Shown: piece by piece, positions 26,811-36,591 of the stretch
Layout of the letters: the number at the start of each line of letters is the position of its first letter
How positions within the stretch are numbered: position 1 is the stretch's first letter
Source: an uncultured Methanomassiliicoccales archaeon
GTDB taxonomy: Archaea; Thermoplasmatota; Thermoplasmata; Methanomassiliicoccales; UBA472
Reading direction: 5' to 3'
Assembly (NCBI GenBank): GCA_963732855.1
Contig: CAVTBB010000005.1
Coordinates: 139,821 to 203,820 of the forward strand
Length of the DNA stretch: 64,000 nt
Made by a program: the position numbers and the translations under genes
The notes under the pieces: generated by a model
Told to the model about the DNA's origin: nothing
What the model saw: the letters and a program-made list of their open reading frames with translations, nothing else
Database searches by the model: none

Positions 26811-26981
26811 CTAGTCTGCGAACTCAGTTCCGCACTTCTTGCACTTGACGGTGTAGTGCTTGCCGCCGCCGGTCTGTTTCACGACCGCCACGTATTCGGT
26901 GCAACCGCACTTGCCGCAGGAGACCGGCTCTTCCCCTTCATCCTCTTCGCACTTTTCTGCCTTCTTTGGTTTCGGCGCCAT
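26811..26981 (-). CDS. small zinc-ribbon protein
   Basis: It has CGKCGC...CKKCG, i.e. two CxxC knuckles. I set the start at MAPKPKK; the upstream part of the track ORF lies in the AT-rich promoter-like sequence. Confidence 0.5.
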   Translation of the reverse strand: MAPKPKKAEKCEEDEGEEPVSCGKCGCTEYVAVVKQTGGGKHYTVKCKKCGTEFAD

Positions 26982-27066
26982 CAGATAAGGAAGACCGATG
27001 GAGCTATAATAAGAATCATGCGGGCAGGTTACCAGAATTGAATACAAATGACTGATGAACAGAATG

Positions 27067-27816
27067 TCACACCCATCTCTCCGTGCCGATCTCCAGGGTC
27101 ATCATGGTCAAGTATCTGAGCACCTTGTCGCCCTTCTCGGTGAGGGAGTAATCTCCCCTCTCCTGGTTCTGGATGATCATGTTCGTCGCGGTAAGCTTCC
27201 CTAGATGGAAAAGCAGGTTGCCACCCTTCAGACCGGTGATGCTGGAAAGCATGGAGTAGCTCCTTGGCTGATCGATCAATGATCTCATTATCTCAAGCCT
27301 CTGGGGGTTTGCGATGGGGTCGACCACCTCCCGCACGATCTTATCCTCGTCCATCCTCCTTATGAGGTTCCTCAGGTTCTCGTCTGAGACGAAGGAATTC
27401 TGGCTGCGGATGACCCGGACGTGCCGGTCGAACATGGAGTATACCTCATCAAAACATATGGAGCACTTTTTGTATGGCGCCTTGAACCTCATCGTATCCA
27501 GCTCCTTCCGCATCTCGATCAGCTTCTTTTCATCCACCTTCTCCTCGCCTACTAGCTTGGCGCTCCTCTGCAAGAAATCGGTGAACGCCTCCTTGCACGC
27601 GGTGCGGCAATCGCACGGGCTTACCATGCACCGGTCCAAGTCGACGTCCACGTCCTCGACCAGGTGGTTGACCATGATGTTGAGCGCACAAGTGTCGTTC
27701 CCGCTCCGGATTGAACGGTTGTTCATCAGGATATCCACTTTCCCACTGAGGTTGGATATCGCGGTCAGCAGGTCCGACATCTCCGCGGGCTCTCTCTTAG
27801 CAGGCTTGGCTGGCAT
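27067..27816 (-). CDS. transcriptional regulator: Cys-rich N-terminal domain + C-terminal ArsR-type wHTH
   Basis: The C-terminus ([45 protein letters not shown]) is ArsR-like. The N-terminal half contains [12 protein letters not shown] and CSIC clusters. Confidence 0.65.
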   Translation of the reverse strand: MPAKPAKREPAEMSDLLTAISNLSGKVDILMNNRSIRSGNDTCALNIMVNHLVEDVDVDLDRCMVSPCDCRTACKEAFTDFLQRSAKLVGEEKVDEKKLIEMRKELDTMRFKAPYKKCSICFDEVYSMFDRHVRVIRSQNSFVSDENLRNLIRRMDEDKIVREVVDPIANPQRLEIMRSLIDQPRSYSMLSSITGLKGGNLLFHLGKLTATNMIIQNQERGDYSLTEKGDKVLRYLTMMTLEIGTERWV

Positions 27817-27925
27817 GTTCGTGGCACCTCTGTTGGTCGTTACACATTCCTGTAGCTGCTACATAATATTGACGAATAACTATATACTTCTAACCCGGGA
27901 ATATGAATTGCAGGAGATACCCATC

Positions 27926-28168
27926 TTGGTCGATGTCAAGAAAGAGATCAGGGCACAGATCGTTGGAGCATTGAAAGAAGCGGAATTCCCCATCAAGACG
28001 CCGGCAGACTTGCTGAAGGCTTTCCCGATGGGTGCAGAGACCACCTGCCAGGCTGGCGATGTCAAGATGACCGCAGGAGAGGCCGGCAAACTTCTCAAAC
28101 CGGAGGATTTCCCGTTCAAAGATGCCGCGAAGGTGGCGGACACCATCCTGAAGAGGGCGGGAATGTGA
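27926..28168 (+). CDS. small MTH865-like protein
   Basis: The pattern [69 protein letters not shown] matches my memory of the ~80-aa MTH865 family. A TTG start 9 nt after AGGAG is proposed; the track ORF is a long spurious 5' extension antisense to the regulator. Confidence 0.5.
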   Translation: MVDVKKEIRAQIVGALKEAEFPIKTPADLLKAFPMGAETTCQAGDVKMTAGEAGKLLKPEDFPFKDAAKVADTILKRAGM

Positions 28169-28185
28169 GGTAAGGAGACGTAGAG

Positions 28186-29289
28186 ATGGCTGACACTATG
28201 AACCATATCGAGAGGGCAGTCGCGTCCCTGCAGGACAAGCCTGTGGACCGCCTGTCGACCTACCCGCTGGCGATGGGCGTATGCCGCCGCACCGTCGGCG
28301 ATGGCACAATGACCTACCGGGACTGGGCATCGGACCCGAAGAAGTTTGCCGCCGGTTTCATCGCTGGACAGAAGTATTTCGACTTCGACTGGGCCATCGG
28401 CCTGATGGACCTTTCCGTCATGGCCGGCGATCTGGGCGCCACCGTAAGGATGGATGACCAGAACACCCCGTTCGTCACCGAGCCGGCGTTCAAGACCGTG
28501 GAGGACTACGAGACCTTCGAGGTCCCGGACGTGCACAAGGGACGCTCCGGAGTTCTGCTCGAGGGAACCAAGCTCTTCACCGACGCGCTGAAGAGCCAGG
28601 TGATATGCGCGGGATTCATCGAAGGCCCGCTGCTGGCGCTGACGCAGTCGACCGGCGCGGAGAAGGTCTTCATGGACATGTACAACCACCGCGGCGCCAT
28701 ACACAAGGCGCTGGCCAAGCTGACCGAGTTCGACATGAAGCTGATCGACGGCTTCAAGGAGACCGGCTGCGCTGGTTTGGTCTGGGACTACCTGTGGGGC
28801 AGCTATTCATGCCTGGGCGACAAGGAGTACGAGGAGTTCGAGAGCAACGACAAGTACGCCCTCAAGCTGAACGCGCGCGTCGCCGAGCTCGGCATGGCCA
28901 ACTGCATCCACAACTGCGCCGACCTGCCGCACCTGGACACCCAGGTCAAGAAGATGAAGCCGGCGATCTACTCGATGGCCTACTACCCGTTGATCCCCGG
29001 ATCGCCGTCCCCGAAGGAAGCGATCGGCAAGGGATACGCAGACAACTGTCTGCTCGCCGGGGAGGTCGACCCGCAGCTGTTCGTTCGCGGAACGACCGAG
29101 AAGACGCAGAAGACCACCATGAACCTGGTGCAAGAGGTCAAGACCGCTCTCTGCGAGAGGGGCCTGCACTCCAGGTATTGCATCGCGTCCGGATGCGAGG
29201 TACCGCCCACCGTGACGACCAAGCTTGAGAACATCAAGATGTGCGTCGACACCGTGAAGCAGTATGGCCAGGTCACCTGCGCAAAGTAA
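28186..29289 (+). CDS. methylcobamide:CoM methyltransferase (MtaA/MtbA, uroporphyrinogen-decarboxylase fold)
   Basis: It is URO-D-like along its full length, with the Zn-ligand region IHNCAD...CIASGCEVP. The substrate class (methanol versus methylamine) cannot be decided from the sequence. Confidence 0.8.
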   Translation: MADTMNHIERAVASLQDKPVDRLSTYPLAMGVCRRTVGDGTMTYRDWASDPKKFAAGFIAGQKYFDFDWAIGLMDLSVMAGDLGATVRMDDQNTPFVTEPAFKTVEDYETFEVPDVHKGRSGVLLEGTKLFTDALKSQVICAGFIEGPLLALTQSTGAEKVFMDMYNHRGAIHKALAKLTEFDMKLIDGFKETGCAGLVWDYLWGSYSCLGDKEYEEFESNDKYALKLNARVAELGMANCIHNCADLPHLDTQVKKMKPAIYSMAYYPLIPGSPSPKEAIGKGYADNCLLAGEVDPQLFVRGTTEKTQKTTMNLVQEVKTALCERGLHSRYCIASGCEVPPTVTTKLENIKMCVDTVKQYGQVTCAK

Positions 29290-29386
29290 GCGTCGAATGC
29301 AGAACAAACCCTTTCCCTTTACTTTCCCGCATTTCAACATAATGTTGCAGGGAGCAGAACGTTAAGATCAATAGTCAGGTGAAAGA

Positions 29387-29836
29387 ATGGATCCGATCGA
29401 TTCTGGACGTTTGCTGATTGAGAAAGTGGCCATGCGTCGGGCAGAGGACGCATTGAAGGAAATAAGAAAACATTTCCCCGATGCAACGATGAACGTGGAG
29501 TTGGTCGACGGTAGAGGCGTACTCACCGTCTGCCATGGTCGGTATGTGGTGAGCAAGGAGTTTGTCGAGACCGCCGAGAGCATGAGCTCACCTCATTGCA
29601 TGTCAGAATACCGCCGTACCTTACAGGGCAAAGCCCGCCTGGTGCTGATAGTTCCGAAGGAGACGGCAGCGAACACCTACACGCGCATGCTGGAGCTCAA
29701 CAACTGGTGGCTCTTCTACTATCAGATCTTCTTCTACGACGAACAGGGCAATGTCCGGCGAATGGACCGGAAGACCTGGTGTCATATGATCGGACGTCCC
29801 TATGAGCCGGTGCGCCGGGCCCCGGAGATCGCCTAA
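29387..29836 (+). CDS. hypothetical protein
   Basis: This is a 149-aa ORF preceded by GGTGAAAGA. I recognised no family. Confidence 0.45.
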   Translation: MDPIDSGRLLIEKVAMRRAEDALKEIRKHFPDATMNVELVDGRGVLTVCHGRYVVSKEFVETAESMSSPHCMSEYRRTLQGKARLVLIVPKETAANTYTRMLELNNWWLFYYQIFFYDEQGNVRRMDRKTWCHMIGRPYEPVRRAPEIA

Positions 29837-29866
29837 GCATCTGTCAACCCGGACACGACCTTTGCA

Positions 29867-30757
29867 CTACTTCTTTCCAATCTCTTCGACGTAGAGGTCA
29901 AACGCCCGCCTGCTCGTGATCCACTCCTTCCCTCTTCTGATCGCGGGTAACTCGCCTTGCTTGGCCCTCAAGGACAGATACTTTGCTGAGTAGGAGGTCT
30001 CCCCTTCATATCGTACCAGCGGCCTCAGTTCGTCCAAATCGCTGCCGACGTAAGAAAGGAAATTGAGCAATGAACCGCCCATGATGACCTGCAGGTACTC
30101 GGTCAAAGGCAGCATATCTCCAGCATCGGCTTGGAAAAGTGCGTCAAAGTACCGCTCCTTGTCCACCGGCATGACGTTCACGGGCGGCCAATCGTGCTTC
30201 AGGAAATGCAGGTTCAGCAACAACCTGCCAATCCGCCCGTTGCCGTCCTTGAAGGGGTGGATGCATTCGAACTTGTGATGGAACCAGGCACCGAGGGTGA
30301 AGACGTCCTCTCCCGCCAGATCACGGCGGTCATACTCCTTGACCAGTGCGGCCATCGTCTCTCCCAGCCCTTCAGCCGGTGCAGGGGTGAACGACGCCTG
30401 GACCACATTGTTCGTCCGTCTCCATTGACCATAGTCCTGCCGCACACCTTTGAAGACCTCCTCGTGGAGGTTGCGGACGGTGATGATATCGATGGCCTGA
30501 GCCCTCCGGTCGACGAGGCGAACGAATGCCGATGCGTGCTGCATCGTTTCCAGCAGTTCATTGGTGGCCTTCTTGACCCCTTCTCTAAAGATTACCACCC
30601 GGTCCACCTCATCCTGGGTGAGGGAGTTGCCCTCGATGGCGTTCGTGCCATAGGTGTTCATGGAACTGACCGCCTTCCATACCGGACCGGGGAAGGTATC
30701 GAACGAGCCGCGGCTCAAAAGCGCGGATCGAAGGCCGTCCAATACGTTCTTCTTCAT
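29867..30757 (-). CDS. Fic-domain protein (canonical HPFxDGNGRxxR) with N-terminal inhibitory motif and C-terminal HTH-like tail
   Basis: It has the Fic motif HPFKDGNGRIGRLL, the N-terminal TNAIEGN ((S/T)xxxE(G/N) alpha-inh signature), and the C-terminal YSAKYLSLRAKQGELPAIRRGKEWITSRRAFDLY. Confidence 0.9.
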   Translation of the reverse strand: MKKNVLDGLRSALLSRGSFDTFPGPVWKAVSSMNTYGTNAIEGNSLTQDEVDRVVIFREGVKKATNELLETMQHASAFVRLVDRRAQAIDIITVRNLHEEVFKGVRQDYGQWRRTNNVVQASFTPAPAEGLGETMAALVKEYDRRDLAGEDVFTLGAWFHHKFECIHPFKDGNGRIGRLLLNLHFLKHDWPPVNVMPVDKERYFDALFQADAGDMLPLTEYLQVIMGGSLLNFLSYVGSDLDELRPLVRYEGETSYSAKYLSLRAKQGELPAIRRGKEWITSRRAFDLYVEEIGKK

Positions 30758-30821
30758 CGTATCTTATCACGGAGGTTCCAATATACAATCAATTCCAACA
30801 AGACCAATGATATGATCAGAA

Positions 30822-31742
30822 TTATTGCATCTCACCCCTGCCCACTTCCTTGATGTACAGGTCAAGGGCACGCCTGCTGGTATGCCACTCATTTTTGATC
30901 ATTACTGCGGGGAGCTTTCCCTGCCTCGCCCTAAGGGACAGATACTTGGCGGAGTACGGGACATCTCCCTCATACCTGACCATTTGTTTCAACTCATCTT
31001 TGATGGTGCCGACATGGGAAAGGAAATTCAGCAGAGAACCGCCCATGATGAACTTGAGGTAATCGCTCAAAGGCGCGAAATCTCCCTTGTCACTTCTGCC
31101 CAGCGCGTCCAAGTACCTTCCTTTGTCCGATGGCATGACGTTCACGGGCGGCCAATTGTGCTTCAGGAAATGCAGGTTCAAAAGAAGTCTTCCAACGCGT
31201 CCATTCCCATCACTGAATGGGTGGATACATTCGAAATTGTAGTGCAGCCAAGCGCCTAAAGTGAATGCGTCTTCTCCGGCAATGTCCCTCTGATCATACT
31301 CTTTCAATAGGGCTTCCATCTTTCCCACAATCTTCTCTGGCCTGGGCGGGGTAAACGAGGCTCCCCTGATCAGCACGTTCACCCGCCTCCACTGTCCATA
31401 GTCCGGCAGCAGTCCCTTAAAGACCTCCTCGTGGAGTTCGAGGATTGTGACCAGATCGATGGCCCGAGCCCTCCGGTCCAATAGATGTCTGAACGCAGAT
31501 TCATGTTGGATCGTCTCGAGGATGAAATTGATGGGCTTTTTGACCCCTTCTCGGTCGACGATGACCTTGTCCACTTCTTCCTGCGTTAGAGTGTTGCCTT
31601 CGATAGCGTTTGTACCATACGTGTTCAGAGAGCTGACGGCTTTCCAAACGGACCCGGGGAATGTTTCGAAGGAGCCTCTGCTCAACAAGACATTTCGAAG
31701 GCCGTCCAATATGGTCTGCTTCACAGAATATGATAGAAGCAT
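30822..31742 (-). CDS. Fic-domain protein, tandem paralog of 29867..30757
   Basis: It has HPFSDGNGRVGRLL, TNAIEGN, and the same C-terminal tail. By eye, roughly two-thirds of residues are identical to the neighbour. Confidence 0.9.
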   Translation of the reverse strand: MLLSYSVKQTILDGLRNVLLSRGSFETFPGSVWKAVSSLNTYGTNAIEGNTLTQEEVDKVIVDREGVKKPINFILETIQHESAFRHLLDRRARAIDLVTILELHEEVFKGLLPDYGQWRRVNVLIRGASFTPPRPEKIVGKMEALLKEYDQRDIAGEDAFTLGAWLHYNFECIHPFSDGNGRVGRLLLNLHFLKHNWPPVNVMPSDKGRYLDALGRSDKGDFAPLSDYLKFIMGGSLLNFLSHVGTIKDELKQMVRYEGDVPYSAKYLSLRARQGKLPAVMIKNEWHTSRRALDLYIKEVGRGEMQ

Positions 31743-32025
31743 ACATTGTATTTATACTGTATACGGTATTAACATGATATATTGAATTTAAGAATATTGA
31801 ATCTCTCGATGGCATGATTAGCTACAGGGGCAATTTATGACTCGACCCCTCCATTGATCCCGAACCGGTTCACGAGTCTGTTCATGACTTCGACATTGCA
31901 TGATTCAGCTCTTTTACGCTAATTCAAGCGATCCTCCCTACGACTCTGCCTATTGAACAATTTTGAAATAGTATCCTATGTCTGATACAGGACGTATAGA
32001 GATCTGAAAAAACGGTAGAAGGTAC

Positions 32026-32976
32026 ATGACACATTCAGGCGAAATAGTATGCAATGACATTGGCAAGGTTTTCAGTACCGGTAAGCAGGCACTGACCGCG
32101 GTCAACTTTTCCATACCGGCCAGCGGAATCTTTGCCCTGATCGGAAGGAACGGGGCCGGCAAGACCACGCTGACCCGGATATTGTCCACTCTGCTTGAAC
32201 CCTCGTCAGGGGTAGCGACCATCAACGGGCTGGACGTAATGACTGACGCAAAGAAGCTCAGGGAAAGGATGTCGGTCGTCCCCCAGGAAGGGAGGGCCGT
32301 CCAATGGATGACGCCGCTGCAGAGCGTCTCCTCGTACCTGTTGTGGAGGGGGATGAGCTACAAGGAATCACGTTCCAAGGGCGAGGAGGCGCTGGCACAG
32401 GTTGGTCTGGCTCCGGTGGCGGACAGGCTCAACCGGACGCTCTCGGGCGGAATGAAACGAAAGGTACTGGTGGCCATGGTCATCGCCGCCGGATCGGAGT
32501 TCATCTTCCTAGATGAGCCGACCACCGGCCTGGACCCGATCTCCCGACAGGAGATATGGAACCTGATGACCGATCTAAGCAAGGACCGGTTCATCTTCCT
32601 CACCACCCACTACCTGGAGGAGGCGCAGACGGTCGCCGACAGGATAGGGATACTGGACGACGGCCGGCTGCTGGCGCTCGGCAGCATGGACGAACTGAGG
32701 AAGAAGATACGGCATCAATACAGCGTAAAGGTGCCGCGGGGGGTGGAACTGCCGCCGGTGGAGGGGAAGGTCCTGGAAAGGAAGGACGGACAGGTCCAGA
32801 TCATGACCACCCAAGATGAGGCATTGCGATTGTCGAGAATGCTCATCGAAAGGAGGGCCCAGTTCTCTCTGAACCCTATCGACCTGGATGACATATTCTC
32901 CGACGTCGTGGGGGGAGCGACCCTGAACGATGACGAATCTGCTATGAACGATTATAGTCCGGGTGGAGGAAAATGA
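32026..32976 (+). CDS. ABC transporter ATP-binding protein (ABC-2/DrrA-like)
   Basis: It has Walker A (GRNGAGKTT), the ABC signature (LSGGMKRK) and Walker B (FIFLDEPTTGLD). Confidence 0.9.
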   Translation: MTHSGEIVCNDIGKVFSTGKQALTAVNFSIPASGIFALIGRNGAGKTTLTRILSTLLEPSSGVATINGLDVMTDAKKLRERMSVVPQEGRAVQWMTPLQSVSSYLLWRGMSYKESRSKGEEALAQVGLAPVADRLNRTLSGGMKRKVLVAMVIAAGSEFIFLDEPTTGLDPISRQEIWNLMTDLSKDRFIFLTTHYLEEAQTVADRIGILDDGRLLALGSMDELRKKIRHQYSVKVPRGVELPPVEGKVLERKDGQVQIMTTQDEALRLSRMLIERRAQFSLNPIDLDDIFSDVVGGATLNDDESAMNDYSPGGGK

Positions 32977-33713
32977 AGCGGATCAGAGGACAGATTCTCG
33001 CTTCCATCCTGGTGAACGCGATCTATGAGATGAAGAACTACCCGGTGGTCCTGCTGAACACGGTTCTGGCCCCGCTCTCGTTCCTAACCCTCATATGGTT
33101 CGTCAGCCGAGGCAGCCTCCTGGGGCCGGCGATCGTCGGGGGTCTGATCATGACCATGTTCTCCAGCGGGACCTCGCTGCAGGCGGACCTGTCGCACCTG
33201 AAGAACGATTTCAAACTGCAGGACATGGTGGTCAGTTCGCCGACCAGCGCTTCCGTTTATGTGGTCGGGATCGCGATCTCCGAACTGATCTATTCCCTGC
33301 CGGCGATCGCCATCCTCTCGACCTTGTTCTTCTTCTTCGTCCCGGTGACGCTGATCCAGTTGGGAGGAATAATCGCGGTCCTGGCGTTCGTCTTCATCAC
33401 CTCGGTCTCTCTCGGTTTTGCGCTGGCCACCATCTCTTCTGACATCGTCCAGAGCTTTGCCTTCACCCGCCTGCTTACGACACTTTTCTCGACCCTGGCA
33501 CCAGTCTACTATCCGATCACCTACATCCCGGAACCTTACCGTTTTCTGGCTTATCTATCGCCAACCACCTACGCGGCACAGATCGCCCAGAACCTTAGCG
33601 GAGCGCTGGTATCGTCCACGGAGGAGCTGATCGTCGACTGGACGGTCCTGATATGTCTTACCGCGGTGTTCCTGTGGATAGGAATGTCAAAATCCAGGTG
33701 GAGGGAGAAGTGA
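32973..33713 (+). CDS. ABC-2 type permease
   Basis: It has six predicted hydrophobic segments and overlaps the ATPase gene by 4 nt. Confidence 0.8.
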   Translation: MKRIRGQILASILVNAIYEMKNYPVVLLNTVLAPLSFLTLIWFVSRGSLLGPAIVGGLIMTMFSSGTSLQADLSHLKNDFKLQDMVVSSPTSASVYVVGIAISELIYSLPAIAILSTLFFFFVPVTLIQLGGIIAVLAFVFITSVSLGFALATISSDIVQSFAFTRLLTTLFSTLAPVYYPITYIPEPYRFLAYLSPTTYAAQIAQNLSGALVSSTEELIVDWTVLICLTAVFLWIGMSKSRWREK

Positions 33714-33808
33714 CCGGATGTCTAGAACTAGGTCTTGCGAAGCTTTTCTTTTAATATTCGAGCCTCGAATAAGTTTCTGGTCGTCAGGACGACCTTGATG
33801 TGAATATT

Positions 33809-34204
33809 ATGGACCTAGTACAACTGATAATTGCGATAGTGGTTCTGATCATAGGCTGGGTGATCATCTCGATACCTTTGTGGCTCGCTGCAAAGGTGTG
33901 GACAGGCGGACAGGCAACTATGGGAGAGGCCATGCTCGGCATGCTTCTCGGCGGGATTGTCTTCGCCCTTGTCTATGCGGGTACATTCCTGCTCACGAAC
34001 ATCATCACCAGTTCGGGCATTGCTTTGATCGTCGCGGCGATCGTCGCCTTCCTGGCCTTCCTCGGCCTCTATAAGATGTTGTTCGATGTGGGTTGGCTCA
34101 AGGCATTGGGGATCGCCATCCTGGCAGTGATCTTCGCCGTGGTCATACTGCTAATAATGTCGGTGGTCTTGGTCGCAGTGGGAATAGGTGTGCTGGGACT
34201 GTGA
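33809..34204 (+). CDS. small polytopic membrane protein
   Basis: It is highly hydrophobic. The C-terminal part (LYKMLFDVGWLKALGIAILAVIFAVV) is paralogous to the 34425 gene. Confidence 0.55.
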   Translation: MDLVQLIIAIVVLIIGWVIISIPLWLAAKVWTGGQATMGEAMLGMLLGGIVFALVYAGTFLLTNIITSSGIALIVAAIVAFLAFLGLYKMLFDVGWLKALGIAILAVIFAVVILLIMSVVLVAVGIGVLGL

Positions 34205-34424
34205 TCGGTTCAGATAGGTAACGAAAAACGATCGGCCAGGAGGACTTATTCCAACATGGGTCTATCTTTTTGACCCTAGCCATTCTTCCTGACCTCACCT
34301 TATTTTTTAGACAATTTCGAATCCCTGAGAGCCTCCCTGAAAACGGTAAAAAGGCCGGGTTCCATATTAAATCCCGCTATTCCATTGAGTTCATGGCTTA
34401 TATCCAACGTTCAAACATCGATGT

Positions 34425-34754
34425 ATGGTCGATACTTCGAGCATCGTTTATCTGTTGGTCGCACTAATAATTTCAACGATCATCATCTATTTTGTAACCA
34501 AGATCATGGGAGAGAGGGAAGGTCTAGGCACGGCCTTGGTCGCAGCCGTGATAGGCACTGTGGTCTACATCGTAGCCTATTTCTTGCTTGGCAATGGCCT
34601 ATTGGCAGCCGTTCTGGCAGGAATAGTCTGGCTGCTGGCCCTCAAAGGACTATACAAGATTGGATGGATCAAAGCGCTCATCATCGCAGTGCTGATCTGG
34701 ATATTTGCTACGATAATCGGTTTCTTCCTTCCGACGCTTTCAGGTCCGTTATAG
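34425..34754 (+). CDS. small polytopic membrane protein (paralog of 33809..34204)
   Basis: It shares the LKGLYKIGWIKALIIAVLIWIFATIIG block with the upstream gene. Confidence 0.55.
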   Translation: MVDTSSIVYLLVALIISTIIIYFVTKIMGEREGLGTALVAAVIGTVVYIVAYFLLGNGLLAAVLAGIVWLLALKGLYKIGWIKALIIAVLIWIFATIIGFFLPTLSGPL

Positions 34755-34981
34755 AAATGAAAGCTGAGACTGAAACCCTTTCCATTTTAAAAATATTCAA
34801 TTTATTATCCAATTAATCATTGTTCCTTTTACTCGATCTCATCTAAATGACCTGTCATTCCAGCTTACGGGCGATTCCTCTTATACGGAGTACATGGGCC
34901 TCAAGCCATTCAGGGGGCTGCCTGGGTCCATCGGCGGAAAATGACCTATGAACCAATTAAAAGGGGAATAGGGGAGGAAGA

Positions 34982-35131
34982 ATGATCGACATCTCGACCA
35001 TCATCGATGCTATGAAGACCGGGCCAATCTTCGCTTTCCTCGGGCTGTCCATCCTTGTCCCGATACTCATCCTCGGGAAGGTGATATCGTCTCTGCCTGG
35101 TGAAATCATCTTCGGGGCGGGCCTGGGATAA
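34982..35131 (+). CDS. candidate 49-aa hydrophobic micro-protein (below ORF-track cutoff)
   Basis: The ATG lies just downstream of AGGGGAGGAAG. The product is MIDISTIIDAMKTGPIFAFLGLSILVPILILGKVISSLPGEIIFGAGLG, with one TM helix. It is antisense only to a featureless track ORF. Confidence 0.35.
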   Translation: MIDISTIIDAMKTGPIFAFLGLSILVPILILGKVISSLPGEIIFGAGLG

Positions 35132-35236
35132 TATCTTCGGCCGGAGGGTGGAGGTGTCCGCGGGGGGTCTGCTACAGATCGGCCTCTAGATGTTGTTGGA
35201 ACATCCATCCTGTTGAGGATGCCCCAAAAGGGGGCA

Positions 35237-35926
35237 TCAGAGCCAATCAAAGATATCTTTCACGAATCGCTTTGCCCCTTCCTGCTTGCAGGGACCATGG
35301 GCTATGATCAGCTTGTCGAAGTCCCATGCCAGGAGCCTTTCCAGCGATCGTCTGGCTCGCGACCGGTCGGTGAACGACATCCTGATGGCCGTCGGCACCC
35401 CGCCCGGATCCGCCACGCCACCGATCCTGATCAAGGTGTTACGGAGGGGTCCCTTGTAAAGACTACCGATCTGGATGAGATCGTCCAGGATGAGCGTCCT
35501 AGACCTCTTGTGGAAGAACATCACCTCCATCAGGAGCGGGTTGCCATGGAACACCAATTGGTCCAGGTCATTTGCCCATTCGGCTGGAGGCGCGTCGGCC
35601 AAGGTACCGGTCAAGGGAAGGTCCACCTTTTTCAGGGTCATCGGAGTGTGAGGAGAGGCCCACAGTTGCGCCTCCGGGAAGAGGGTGTGCCATCCTTCCA
35701 GCCGCCAAACGTGCCTGGGCGTGGCAGCTACAAGATATTTGACCGGTCCCAGTGATGCGATCTCCCCGATGTCCGCGAATGATGCGGGAACCGGGGAGTT
35801 GACCCATATCGCCCCATCCGAAAGCCTCACCACGGTCATCCTGGTGGGGAACGTTTCCCCGGTGTCCCGGACAACGGGGCCTTCCATGGTCCAGATGCCA
35901 TCGGCGAACTCCTTCAATTCCGACAT
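35237..35926 (-). CDS. DUF4336-like (metallo-beta-lactamase-fold related) protein
   Basis: The pattern DGIWTMEGP...TRMTVVRL.DG.IWVNSP...PVKYLVAATPRHVWRLEGW...F.HK.SRTLILDDLIQ matches my recollection of DUF4336. This is a moderate-certainty call. Confidence 0.55.
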   Translation of the reverse strand: MSELKEFADGIWTMEGPVVRDTGETFPTRMTVVRLSDGAIWVNSPVPASFADIGEIASLGPVKYLVAATPRHVWRLEGWHTLFPEAQLWASPHTPMTLKKVDLPLTGTLADAPPAEWANDLDQLVFHGNPLLMEVMFFHKRSRTLILDDLIQIGSLYKGPLRNTLIRIGGVADPGGVPTAIRMSFTDRSRARRSLERLLAWDFDKLIIAHGPCKQEGAKRFVKDIFDWL

Positions 35927-36169
35927 CTTACAATTACCGATTTTCCATGCGCGCTCCCTGGACTTAAAGTTAGCTCAAGTATTTTGAGGTCGAGGTCCTG
36001 CAAAGGCAAATATTCCTTAGCCTCAAGATCGATCATTCAAATGCGCTCTAGCAGTGGATTATCTGATGAACTTGACAACATCGGTCTACCCTGCCTCATA
36101 TATGTGACGGTACCAGCATATGATCGGAGTAACCGGTTCCATATGTTCCGGACTCGAAAGGTGAACGAG

Positions 36170-36361
36170 ATGAAAGGGGACATCAAGAAAGACGTTGACA
36201 AGGGAATCGCAGATGTTCAGAAGGGCGTAAGGAGTGGCGTCAAGGAGGTCCAGAAGGACGTAAGGGCCGGAGTCAAGGAGGTCCAGAAAGGCGCCCGAGA
36301 CGCAGGAAAGGCGGTTGACAAGGAGATGAAGAAGGTACAAACGAAGTTGAAGAAGAAATGA
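36170..36361 (+). CDS. small Lys-rich repeat protein
   Basis: It is 63 aa with internal repeats (GVRSGVKEVQKDVRAGVKEVQKGARDAGKAVDKE). The underlying DNA is a ~33-nt tandem duplication. A hairpin follows the gene. Confidence 0.5.
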   Translation: MKGDIKKDVDKGIADVQKGVRSGVKEVQKDVRAGVKEVQKGARDAGKAVDKEMKKVQTKLKKK

Positions 36362-36591
36362 TCAGGAGCTAGGGATCACTTCGAGACTGACACCCCCTTG
36401 ATATCGATCCTACCCTTATCATTGGGTCGAGCATCAGGGCATAAATGGTAACCGTCACGGTTGTGGATTTTCTACCTTCCTAAGTTCCGACCATGCAAAT
36501 ATGGTCCGGTCGGATAAAATCGACTTATTCACCACTACCAGGTATGTTAATGGAAACGATTATCATCACCCCTCATTATTCATGAGGCTTA

